Positions 1 through 14,808 of a stretch of 64,000 nt of DNA are shown here, piece by piece. The number at the start of each line of letters is the position of its first letter. The first letter of the stretch is position 1. The stretch is taken from contig JBODTK010000125.1 of assembly GCA_050613775.1 (NCBI GenBank), positions 124,001 to 188,000 on the forward strand, in the 5' to 3' direction. This DNA comes from Neocallimastix sp. 'constans'. Its lineage: Eukaryota. Under the pieces are notes generated by a model, which had not been told where the DNA came from, made no database searches, and saw only the letters and a program-made list of their open reading frames with translations. The translations under genes were made by a program, and so were the position numbers.

Positions 1-1143
1 AAAGTTTGATTTTTTAATCAATATTTAATACCAATGAATATATACTATTATATTTATTCAATGTATAATAATGATTGTAGTAATTAAAATTTAATTTAAA
101 TTGAAATTATTAATATAAATATATGTATCTATTATAATATTTTATAATTTCAATTATAAAAAAAAAAAAAAAATTAACAAAATAATACATAAAAATACAT
201 TTAATAATATAGAGTTCATTATTTATTTTAATAGAAAAAAAAAAAAAAAAAAACATATATACCTAAAATAAAATTTCTTAATAGAGAAGTAATTTTATTT
301 TTATTTTCTGAATTTAATTATTATTATTATTAAATCCTAAAAAAAAAGTAAATAATATTTTAATATATTTGTCTTTTTTAAAAATATTATTATTTGAACC
401 AGCTATAAACATTAAAGAAAAAAAAAATAATAATAAAGTAATAAGAACTTTTTTTTTTCGAAATAAATAAATAAAATTTTACGGTGAATTTTGTTTTGCA
501 TTTGAATTTTGAATAAATATATATATGAAAATAATATTTTTAAACCGAAGAATATATATTATTGAAAAATTATAAAGGATAGGTACTAACGATATAAATC
601 TAAATGGAAACTATAAACAAATAGAATAATATCTAAATGAAATTGCTTAAAAGTTTTACTAAGAACCAAAATTCAAGAATCCTCTATTGTTAATAATAAA
701 TATATTTATAAAAAAAAAAAAAAAAAAAAAAAAAAGAAAAGAATAAAATATAATAAAAAATATAATAAAAATATATACTGATATATGTATATAATCAATT
801 TCAATTGAAAATTAAATTTATTTAAAAATTCATATATCAATTCAACATTAGATGTTAAAAACATTTAATAATAAATAAAAAAATTCAACAATAACAAAAA
901 AAAAAAAAAAAAAATAAAATAAAATAAACAAATAAAAATATTTTTTTCATCAATAATGAAAAAAAAAAAAAAAAAAAAGAAAAATATCAAAATTTATATT
1001 AACTTTTTAATTCTTAATTCTTAATTTTAATTTTTATTATTTATTAATTTATTATTATTATTGTTTTAATAATATATATGATATTTAATTATTAATATAG
1101 TTTAGTTTGTATTGAATATTCTTTTCATTAGTCGATAATAAAA

Positions 1144-4773
<3,630 letters not shown>

Positions 4774-4919
4774 AATTAAGGAAAAAGGAAAAAAAAAAAA
4801 AAAGCTAGAGAGGAATAAGAAGAAAATAATTCAGTAAAAACAAAACAAAACAAGACAAGACATTAATTATAAAGTTCATTCTCCTTTAAATAAACAAATA
4901 AAAAAATTTTTTTTTCTTT

Positions 4920-4958
<39 letters not shown>

Positions 4959-5087
4959 ATTTTCTATTTTTTATTTTATATCTAATTTTTTCTATTCTTT
5001 CTATATATAAATATAATAAGTATATATAAGTAAATAATTATAAAAAAAAAAAATTTTTTTTATTTTTTTTTTAAACAACAATAGAAT

Positions 5088-5143
<56 letters not shown>

Positions 5144-5400
5144 ATATATAAATATATATGTAGGTATAAAAAAAAATAATAATAAAAAAAAAAAAAAAAA
5201 ATAAAAAAAATAAAACAATAAAAGTATTATTTGTGCAAATCCATTATAAAAAAAATAAAAAAAATAAAAATAAAAATATAATTAAATCATCAAATGATCA
5301 ATCAATCATTAATAATAATAATAATAATAACAGCAATAATAAATAATAAATAATAACAATAAACAATAAACAATAATAATAGTTTTAAAAATTTATTATA

Positions 5401-5433
<33 letters not shown>

Positions 5434-5510
5434 TAAATAATAATAATAATAATAATAAATAATAAATAATAATAATAATATATATATATATTTTTACTCA
5501 TAATATATTT

Positions 5511-5556
<46 letters not shown>

Positions 5557-5575
5557 TTTTATTAAATTATTTAAC

Positions 5576-5609
<34 letters not shown>

Positions 5610-5854
5610 TATTATTTATTATTTATTATTATTATTATTTCTTTTCCCTTATTCTATTCTATTCTATTTTTCTTTCCTTGGTTTATTTTATTTCTATTCT
5701 ACAACTAAATTAATCATACTTTTTTTTAAAAATAAATATGATTATTATATTATTATTTATTTTATTATTTATTTATTTATTAATTTTTTTTTTTTTTATT
5801 ATTTTATTTAATTTAAATATAATTATAATTTCTAATAGTTTTATTTTATTATTA

Positions 5855-5915
<61 letters not shown>

Positions 5916-6163
5916 TATTTTATTTTATTATATTTTTATTTTTTTATTTTTTTTAATTTTTTTTAATTTTTAAAGATATTTTGGTATATAGATAAAATTT
6001 TATATTATTTAATATATTAACTATATAAATATTGGTTTAAAAAGGAAATGAAAGATAAAAAAAAAAAAAATTTATTTATTTATTTATTTTTTTTTAATAT
6101 AATTTATTTTTTATTTTAATTTGATTAAATTTTATTTATTTATTTATTTATTTTTTTTTAAAG

Positions 6164-6199
<36 letters not shown>

Positions 6200-6234
6200 A
6201 ATGAAAAGAAATATATTATTAAACTCTAGGATTT

Positions 6235-9200
6235 TTAATTTTCTGGATCACTATCATTATCATCCTTCAATTTTGGTAATTGATCTTCCGTTTCACTGCT
6301 AATGTAGATGTCGTCCGCTTCACTGTCAACGTAAATATCATTATTATCACCTTGAGTATCGGCATTGGCTTCATCGCCAGAGACAATAGCAACATTATCA
6401 GCATCATTAGATTCAGCATTTGCAATGTCATCATCATTATTGATTGCATTAGCATCAGCATCATTAGATTCAGCATTAGCAATGTCAGCATCATTGGATT
6501 CAGCATTTGCATTGTCATCATCGTTGGAGTTTGCATTAGCAATGTCAGCTTCATCACCAGATTCAATTGAGACATTACCATTATCATTTAAAGGAATTTC
6601 ACCTTCATCATCGGATTCATTAGAAGCAGGATTTTCTGGTTGGCTGTTAGCAATGTCAGCATCATTGGATTCGGCATTAGCAATATCAGCATCATTAGAA
6701 TCGGCATTAGAAATGTCAGCATCATTAGAATCGGCATTAGAAATGTCAGCATCATTAGAATCGGCATTAGAAATGTCAGCATCATTAGAATTGGCATTAG
6801 AAATGTCAGCATCATTAGAATCGGCATTAGCAATATCAGTATCATTAGAATCGGCATTAGCAATATCAGAGTCGTTATTAGTAGTTTCATCACCAGATAG
6901 TTCTTGTGGAATGTGATCATTATTGCCATTGTCACTGTTATTGTCTGGTTTCATTTCTTCAACTTCAGTGGAATCAATAACCACTGGTGTAGCGCCAGTA
7001 CCTTCATCACCTGCTGGTTCTTCCGCACTATCCTCATTAACAATATCTTGCATATTATCTTCAACGTTATTTGGGGTATTACCATCACCATCATCATTAC
7101 TGTTGATATCTCCGGTGTCATTACCATTCTCTCCATTAGTATTGGTTTCATCCTCACTTTCATTACCAATTGGTATGTCATTACTGTTATCGTTACCGTT
7201 ACCATCTCCATTATTACTTGGACTGTTATTACCACCATCATCATTATCATTTCCATTATCATTACCATTTTCATTGTCATTTCCATTATCATTTCCATTA
7301 TCATTGTTAGTATTTGTACCCTCATCTTCACTAGTAATATTTTCATAAGGTGCATCAGCATCACTATTTTCATTATTATTGCTTTCATTATCATTATTAT
7401 TACTATTATTATGATCATTCTTTTTTCCTCCTTCGACTGGAGAAGAATTGACATCCTCTTCGTTAGTACGAGCGTATTCGTAGCATTCCTCATCCGATTC
7501 TTCACAATAAATTTTATTATTATTATCATTACCATTATTATTATTATCCTCTGGTACGGGAACACTTTCTGGAGTGTAAATATCGCTACATTCATCATCA
7601 TCGGTAACTTCTAAACCACCGTAGACATAAACACAGTAACAGTCGGCATCGCCTTCTTCACATTCTTCCACTTCAGTATAACCCTCTGGAACCGAAGGAG
7701 TAGTAGAAATAGGCTCAGGTTCATCATTACTCTCTTCAACAATAGGTACAGGAGAGTCATTACCATTATTATTATCATTATCGTTATTAGGGTTGTTATT
7801 ATTGCTGTTGTTATTGTTATTGTTATTGTTACTGTTACCTTCATCGCCAGTTGGAGTTTGATCCTGACCTGAAACTTCTTCAGAACCTGGAACAGGTACG
7901 GATGGATTAGAATTTGGATTATTACCTGGATTATTACCTGGATTATTACCATTTTCATCATTACTATCTTCATCATCTAAAAGTTGAATATTTTCTTCAT
8001 CATTACTAGTATCATTATCATCACCAACATTTATAGGAATGTCATCACGGCCTTCATTATTAACTTCAGGTTCAGGTTGGGGTTCTGGTTCATCATTTGA
8101 AATGATAGAGGCATCATTATCTCCATTTTCAACACTATGATCATCATCGTTGCCACTTGAATTATCATTAGTACTAGTATTACCTTCAGGTTCTGGTTCA
8201 GGTTCTGGTTGGGGTTCTGGTTCATCATTTGAAATGATAGAGGCATCATTATCTCCATTTTCAACACTATGATCATCATCGTTACCACTTGGATTATCAT
8301 TGGAACTAGTATTACCTTCAGGTTCTGGTTCAGGTTCTGGTTGGGGTTCTGGTTCATCATTTGAAATGATAGAGGCATCATTATCCCCATTTTCAACACT
8401 ATGATCATCATCGTTACCACTTGGATTATCATTGGAACTAGTATTACCTTCAGGTTCTGGTTGGGGTTCTGGTTCATCATTTGAAATGATAGAGGCATCA
8501 TTATCTCCATTTTCAACACTATGATCATCATCGTTGCCACTTGGGTTATCATTGGAACTAGTATTACCTTCAGGTTCTGGTTGGGGTTCTGGTTCATCAT
8601 TTGAAATGATAGAGGCATCATTATCTCCATTTTCAACACTATTATCATTATCGTTACCACTTGGATTATCATTAGTACCGGTATGACCTTCTGGATTATT
8701 ACCTGGATTATTACCACTTTCATCATTACTATCTTCATCATCTAAAATTTGATTAATTTCTTCATCATTACTAGTTTCATTATCATCATCACCAGTATTT
8801 ACAGGAATGTTATCACGACCTTCATTATTAACTTCAGGTTCAGGTTGTGGTTCAGGTTCATCATTTGAAATGATAGAGGCATCATTATCTCCATTTTCAA
8901 CAATAATATCATCATCATTACCACTTAGATTATCATTGGAACTGGTATTACCTTCTGGTTCAGGTTGGGGTTCAGGTTCATCATTTGAATTAATGGAAGT
9001 ATCAACATCAACATTATTGTTATCTCCAGCATTAGTAGATTCATTGGTATCATTTCCTTCTTCATTTTCAGAACATTCAGTAACATATTCCTCCACAATA
9101 TAAATACTAGTCACGGTTACCGTTTGATATTCATCATTAACAATTTCATTTTCATTAACATTTTCATTTTCATTAACATTTTCATTATTATTATCTTTTA

Positions 9201-10500
9201 CTTCATCAGGTTCATTACTTCCATGTTCTTCCTCATCGTTAATTGGATTTCCTACTGGAATATCTTCCCTCTCACTGTCTACATCATCATTAAGTGGAAT
9301 ATAATTTTCATTATTATTTTCTTCATCCGCACTCTCATCATTCACTTTAGAATTATTATTATCATTCGTTGTGGTGGATGAGCTGCTATCCTCAATGACA
9401 GCTTCATCATTACTTTGTTCCACAGGAGCATTATTGGGGTCGTCGATCGTTTCGGCGTTATCTGCATTATCAATGACTTCAGCAGTATCTGGATTATCAA
9501 TGACTTCAGCAGTATCTGGATTATCAATGACTTCAGCAGTATCTGGATTATCAATGACTTCAGCAGTATCTGGATTATCAATGACTTCAGCAGTATCTGG
9601 ATTATCAATGACTTCAGCGGTATCTGCATTATCAACGACTTCAGCGGTATCTGCGTTATCGATTATTTCAGGAATATTTTCATCTTCACTGACCACAACG
9701 ACATCATTATCATCACCAGTACCAGTACCAGTACCAGTACCACTATTATTTTCTTGTTCATTTTCATTATCACTGGTGGTATTATCTTCTTCCATGACAC
9801 TATTTTCATTATTATTATCTTCATTATTAATTTCATTAATTTCAAGTTCACTTTCAGCTACGGCATCATTACTGTTAGCAATATCTTCTTCAGCAGCAGC
9901 GTCATCCTCTTCCTCAGAGTCATTCACCACCTCTTCTTCTTCTTCCATATCTAATCCTGGAATAACCCCTCTTTTTATTCTTTTAACGTAACCCTCTTGA
10001 TTTCCCGATTTTTGATTTTTATGATTTGATTTGCTATCGCCGCCGGAAGCATTTATTACCTTTTTGGAGGTCGAGGCCGGTGGATCAATGAACGTCCAAG
10101 AAATTAACAATTCGCCGGATTTATGTTTCTTTGAAGGATCAATTTTTTCCCAGAGAGTCTTCGGTAAACCAATATCATCCAAATCACAATCTTTACAAGC
10201 ATCTGCGATTTCACAGACGACCTTCACCTTATCAATGTCGTTAGAAATCACGATCTGTTTCATACAAGTCGTTTCATCCTGAACCACAATTCTATCTTTA
10301 TGAAGGTAACAAGGTATTTTTGTTTTTTTATTTATACCATTACCACAAACATTTTCCTTTCCTTCTTTCTGTAAGAAGGCTTTACCCTCTCTTGAAATGG
10401 TCACCTTCCCATCATTGAAACTGTTCACTAATACTATTCCGAACACTATATGTAGTATCAGTAACAAAAATTGTTTTTTATTATTATTTACAAGTAACAT
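6235..10500 (-). CDS. Intronless 1421-aa secreted protein: signal peptide, degenerate RlpA/expansin-like double-psi beta-barrel, KRIKR, then a very long D/E/N-rich repeat region
   Basis: Open 4.27-kb frame with raised GC. First ATG is at 10500 (the ORF track starts at an upstream TTG). Hydrophobic N-terminus FLLLILHIVFGIVLVNS. KVVCEIADACKDCDLDDIGLPKTLWEKI...GELLISWTFI resembles the V-x-D-x-C-x2-C...DLDLS...F...G-x-I-x-I-x-W-x-F pattern of RlpA-like/loosenin domains. The domain call is by eye. Confidence 0.85.
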   Translation of the reverse strand: MLLVNNNKKQFLLLILHIVFGIVLVNSFNDGKVTISREGKAFLQKEGKENVCGNGINKKTKIPCYLHKDRIVVQDETTCMKQIVISNDIDKVKVVCEIADACKDCDLDDIGLPKTLWEKIDPSKKHKSGELLISWTFIDPPASTSKKVINASGGDSKSNHKNQKSGNQEGYVKRIKRGVIPGLDMEEEEEVVNDSEEEDDAAAEEDIANSNDAVAESELEINEINNEDNNNENSVMEEDNTTSDNENEQENNSGTGTGTGTGDDNDVVVVSEDENIPEIIDNADTAEVVDNADTAEVIDNPDTAEVIDNPDTAEVIDNPDTAEVIDNPDTAEVIDNPDTAEVIDNADNAETIDDPNNAPVEQSNDEAVIEDSSSSTTTNDNNNSKVNDESADEENNNENYIPLNDDVDSEREDIPVGNPINDEEEHGSNEPDEVKDNNNENVNENENVNENEIVNDEYQTVTVTSIYIVEEYVTECSENEEGNDTNESTNAGDNNNVDVDTSINSNDEPEPQPEPEGNTSSNDNLSGNDDDIIVENGDNDASIISNDEPEPQPEPEVNNEGRDNIPVNTGDDDNETSNDEEINQILDDEDSNDESGNNPGNNPEGHTGTNDNPSGNDNDNSVENGDNDASIISNDEPEPQPEPEGNTSSNDNPSGNDDDHSVENGDNDASIISNDEPEPQPEPEGNTSSNDNPSGNDDDHSVENGDNDASIISNDEPEPQPEPEPEPEGNTSSNDNPSGNDDDHSVENGDNDASIISNDEPEPQPEPEPEPEGNTSTNDNSSGNDDDHSVENGDNDASIISNDEPEPQPEPEVNNEGRDDIPINVGDDNDTSNDEENIQLLDDEDSNDENGNNPGNNPGNNPNSNPSVPVPGSEEVSGQDQTPTGDEGNSNNNNNNNNSNNNNPNNDNDNNNGNDSPVPIVEESNDEPEPISTTPSVPEGYTEVEECEEGDADCYCVYVYGGLEVTDDDECSDIYTPESVPVPEDNNNNGNDNNNKIYCEESDEECYEYARTNEEDVNSSPVEGGKKNDHNNSNNNDNESNNNENSDADAPYENITSEDEGTNTNNDNGNDNGNDNENGNDNGNDNDDGGNNSPSNNGDGNGNDNSNDIPIGNESEDETNTNGENGNDTGDINSNDDGDGNTPNNVEDNMQDIVNEDSAEEPAGDEGTGATPVVIDSTEVEEMKPDNNSDNGNNDHIPQELSGDETTNNDSDIANADSNDTDIANADSNDADISNANSNDADISNADSNDADISNADSNDADISNADSNDADIANAESNDADIANSQPENPASNESDDEGEIPLNDNGNVSIESGDEADIANANSNDDDNANAESNDADIANAESNDADANAINNDDDIANAESNDADNVAIVSGDEANADTQGDNNDIYVDSEADDIYISSETEDQLPKLKDDNDSDPEN
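6385..6870 (-). repeat. Coding 30-bp (10-aa, DADISNADSN/DADIANAESN) tandem repeats in two clusters
   Basis: Unit atcattagaatcggcattagaaatgtcagc is repeated at ~6645-6870, with a more diverged cluster at ~6385-6550. Confidence 0.95.
8060..8990 (-). repeat. Coding ~120-132-bp (40-44 aa) tandem repeats NDEPEPQPEPEGNTSSNDNPSGNDDDHSVENGDNDASIIS
   Basis: About 6-7 copies are visible in both DNA and translation, with a variable number of PE dipeptides. Confidence 0.95.
9455..9665 (-). repeat. Coding 27-bp (9-aa, IDNPDTAEV) tandem repeat, about 8 copies
   Basis: ggattatcaatgacttcagcagtatct is repeated exactly several times with diverged end copies. Confidence 0.95.
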
Positions 10501-10639
10501 GATCAATATTACTTTATTTTATTATTTTATTATATTTTTTTTTATTATATATATATATATATATTTTTTTTTTCTTTTCTGTAATGTTTCTTTATGAATC
10601 TAAATCTTTTTGTATTATATCTATATAAATGTAATAATA

Positions 10640-10675
<36 letters not shown>

Positions 10676-13194
10676 CTATATAAAAGTTCTAAAAATAAAT
10701 TAAAAAATTTAAAAAAAAAAAAAAAATAATAAAAACAATTCAATAGTAAATTAAATAATTATATATATGTATGAAAAAAAAATTTTTTTTTTTTTTTTTT
10801 ATTAATTTTATTTTACTTTACTACTATTATTATAAATAATAAATTCTAACACCAAAAATTAAAATATATAATAGAAGAAGAATAAAAAAAAAAAAAAAGG
10901 AATTAATGAAAAACTAAAATGAAAAAAAGAAAAATAAAATAATAATTATTATTGATAATAGAATTAATAAAAAGGAATAAAAAAATATATATAAAAATAA
11001 AAATATAAATTTAAATATAAAATATAAAATATAGATATAAAATATAAATTATTAATTATATATAAATAAAATAAAAAAAAATTAAATTAAATCATGAATT
11101 AAATTTTAATACAAATTTTAAATAGTAATAATTATAATTAATAATTATTAAAAAAAAATGGATACAATTATAATAACAAATTAAAATTTAATTATCATTT
11201 CATAATAAAAATAAAAATTATATAAAAAAAGAAAACAAGAAACAAAAAAAAAATAAGAAATAATTATAATAATATATAATAATAACTTTTTTTTTTTTTA
11301 GAAATATAAAAAATATTATAAAATTAAATTTTATAATTTATTATTATTTTTTTTTCTTCTATTATTCTCATTAAAGATTTATGATAATAAACTATTATTT
11401 TAAATTAAATATCTTATTTAAATTTTATATATAAATATATATACATTAAATATAATTTTCATATCATATATAATAAAATAAAATATTAAACTTTTCTTAA
11501 AAAAAAAAAAAAAAATTAAGCATGCAATGTATTATACTGAATTTAATTTATTTTATATTTTATTATTATTATTATTATTATTATATTTTATTTAATAATA
11601 TTAAATAATTTTTTTTTTTTTTTGAAAAATGAAATACGGGAAACTTATTGGATAATTTGTAATTAAATAATTGTAATTATTTATTTTACTCTAAAAATAA
11701 ATGGTTTTAATTCGTTTTTTTTTTTTTTAAAAAAAAAAATTGATATTAATATTTGTATATATAAAGTTATTTTTAAAAAAAAAATCTCACATTTAATTAA
11801 CTTAAAAAAGAAATTTTATTAATAATAAAATTATTAAATTAATAATGTTATTATTTATAAATAATAATAATAAAAATTTATTATGAAAATTATAATTACT
11901 ATTATTTTTTATTATAATAAATATCGATAATAATTTTTATGATAAGCAAATTAAATGTTAATAATTTTTTTTTTATTTTTTTTTTTATTTATGATATATA
12001 ATATAATAATAATAATAAAAATGAAGAAAAAATAAAATAAAATAAAAATTATATAATAATAATAATAATAAAAATAATAATAAAATATATTTATAAATAT
12101 TATTATATTATATTTTTTCATTTATATTTTTTCATTTATTTATTTTAATTTATTTATATTTCGTTATAAATATTAATAGTTAAAAATATAAAGAAAAAAA
12201 AATTTTTTTTTTTAAATTAAAAATCTATTATTTTAGTAAAATTTATTATACATTATGGTATCTACAGATAATGCAAATAACACAACACAGAGATGTTTTT
12301 TTTTTCCAAAAATGGTGAAGAAAATAATATATATATTATTATTATTTAATTATTAATTAATCAATCAATTTATTATTAGAGAATTATTAATTATAATTGT
12401 ATAAAAAATAAAAAATAATAATATAATAATACTATATTGTGGATAAATATTAATATAAAATAAAAAAAATTAAAATAATATAAAATAAAATTTAATAATA
12501 ATAAAATTTAAATTAAAATTTAATAGAAAGAAAAAGAAATAAAAAAAAAAAAAATTAAATAAGAAAATAAAATGAAGGAAAGAGAAATAAAATACAAAAA
12601 TAAAAATAAGAATTAAAAAAAAAAAAAATTAAATAAGAAAATAAAAATGAAAAAATAAAAAAGTGTTAATAAAATAAAAATAATAAAATAAATAAAAGCA
12701 AAAATAAAAATAATTAAAATATTAAAATAATATAAAAAAAAAAAAGTATTTTAATTTATATATTATGTTAATAAATAAAATAATTTTTTTATTTTAATAA
12801 TTTTCTATGTTTAAGTTTATCATATTGTTTATTGTTATTTTTATTTTAACTTTTATTTTCTTTTTTTATTTTTTTTCTCACTTTATTTGAATTTTTATTT
12901 TTTGGTATTCGAATTATTTATATCTTTTAAAAAGCTTTATTATTATTATTATTATTATAATTATTACTTTTTTTTTTATTCGGTAATTTTTTATTCTATT
13001 ATTATTAATTTTTTTTTCTTTTAATATTTCCAATAATAAAAATAAAAAAAAAAAAAATCATAATAATAATAGAAAAATTAAAAATTACTTATTTATCTTC
13101 ATTGTAATTTTATTTTATAGGTATTATAAAATTTTCTTTTATACATCTAAATTCATTGTATTTTTATTTTATATGTATTATAAATATTTTTTTT

Positions 13195-14317
13195 TTATTC
13201 ATCTAAAGTTTCCATTATTTCCTTAAGTTCTTCATTGATATCACTATTCTTCCATGATTTGACTCTAGTGGGTGGAGGAATATTATCAACAGATCCATGT
13301 GATGAACCAGATGAGTAAACCTTATTATCATTCTCAAGTATGATTACACTTTGATGTTTTCCACTTTGTTCAGAATTTCTTTTTACAATTACAGAATTCT
13401 TTTTACCTAAACTTGGAATAGCATAGGATTCTTGTTTATTTTCTGATGAGGATTGAATAGGTTCTAAATCAGAATTCCAAAAACCATCATTTGAATTTAC
13501 TTCTTCATCTTCATATAAATCTTGATTATTTCCATTAATTTCAGCATTATATTTTTGTTCGGCAATCCAATCTTCATTTGTTGAAATACTATTTAAACTA
13601 CGATCATCTTTAAATTGTATACTTGAATTACGTTTTTCCTTATCCCTTCTTGAATTTCTTTTAAATATTGTATTAAGAATACTAACTCTTTTCGTTGGGA
13701 ATTCCTCTTGATTTTGATTTTGATTTTCATTATTATTTTCATTTTCATTTTCTTTATTTAATTTATCTACTTGGATAGCGATATCAGCTTCTTCAAGATC
13801 TGGATTTAATTCACGTATTTCACTATTAGAACTACTATTAGAACTACTATTAGAAGAAGAAATTGGCTTATTTAAATATTCTTCACTCATTCTTCTTTCT
13901 TTCTTCGAATGGAACAAACAAAAACCACCAGAGGCAGCTATTGCTACAACACCAGCTATGCAAACAATAGGTGGAATTCTGAAAAATGGCTGATCTATTT
14001 TATTTTATTTTTATTATTTATTTTTTTTTTTTAAAGTGTTCATTTAATAATATATTATATATTAGTATTAATATTATTTTAATAATAATAACTATATATA
14101 TAGAATAAAATAAAAACTATTATACAATTATATTATAAAACATATACATATTATTTTATTATAATTAAATTTAATAATAATATAATAAAAACATACTATT
14201 TGAAGATTCTGAATGGTCTTCAACATCAATACTTCTAGCATATACATTAAGTGCATTAAAAGTTAATGCAAGGGTATTTACAGTAATTAATTTCAAAAAA
14301 GAGGCTTGGCGAGACAT
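13195..14317 (-). CDS. Two-exon type I membrane protein of unknown function (exons 14317-14197 and 13994-13195)
   Basis: ATG at 14317 gives MSRQASFLKLITVNTLALTFNALNVYARS (signal-like). A GTATGT...AAATAG intron joins in frame to NQPFFRIPPIVCIAGVVAIAASGGFCLF (TM), followed by HSKKERR and the 240-aa ORF of the track. Confidence 0.85.
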
Positions 14318-14769
14318 TTTTTTTTTTTTTTTTTTTTTGTTTTTATTGGTTTGCTTGTTTGTTTTTGATTTTATACGAATTTTTATTTATATTACAACTA
14401 CAAAAAAAAAAATTTTTGTTTTTATTTTACAATATGATTTTTTTTTTTTTTTTATTTTTGTAGTAAAAAAAAAAAAAATAAATGTTTGTTTTTCGATAGA
14501 GTATGTTGTTATTACAATAAAGTATGTTTATATATATTCAAAAATTTTATTGATATATAATATATTATTATATTGTAATTTTTTTTTTTTAATTCTATTT
14601 TTTAATTACTTTTTGATATTTATTATTTTTTTTTTCTTTTTATTATATTAATAAAGTGAATATTTTATGTTTGTTAAAATATTTATATTAATAATTTTTA
14701 ATTTTTAAATTTTTTTTAACAATTTTTTTATTAAAAATTTTATATAAACAATTATTAATTATTTAATTG

Positions 14770-14808
<39 letters not shown>

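Noticed and set aside
8060..9665. Regularly spaced repeats resembling a CRISPR array
   Set aside because: Units are multiples of 3 inside an open eukaryotic ORF, there are no unique spacers, and no cas genes.
6267..10282. Many overlapping ORFs on both strands within the giant gene
   Set aside because: They are shadow frames of GAT/AAT/GAA-rich repetitive codons, with Met/Ile/Ser-rich translations and no independent features.
6235..10500. Direct call as a ScaA-type fungal scaffoldin or dockerin-bearing enzyme
   Set aside because: No C-terminal membrane anchor and no recognisable CBM10-like dockerin repeats; kept only as a hypothesis.
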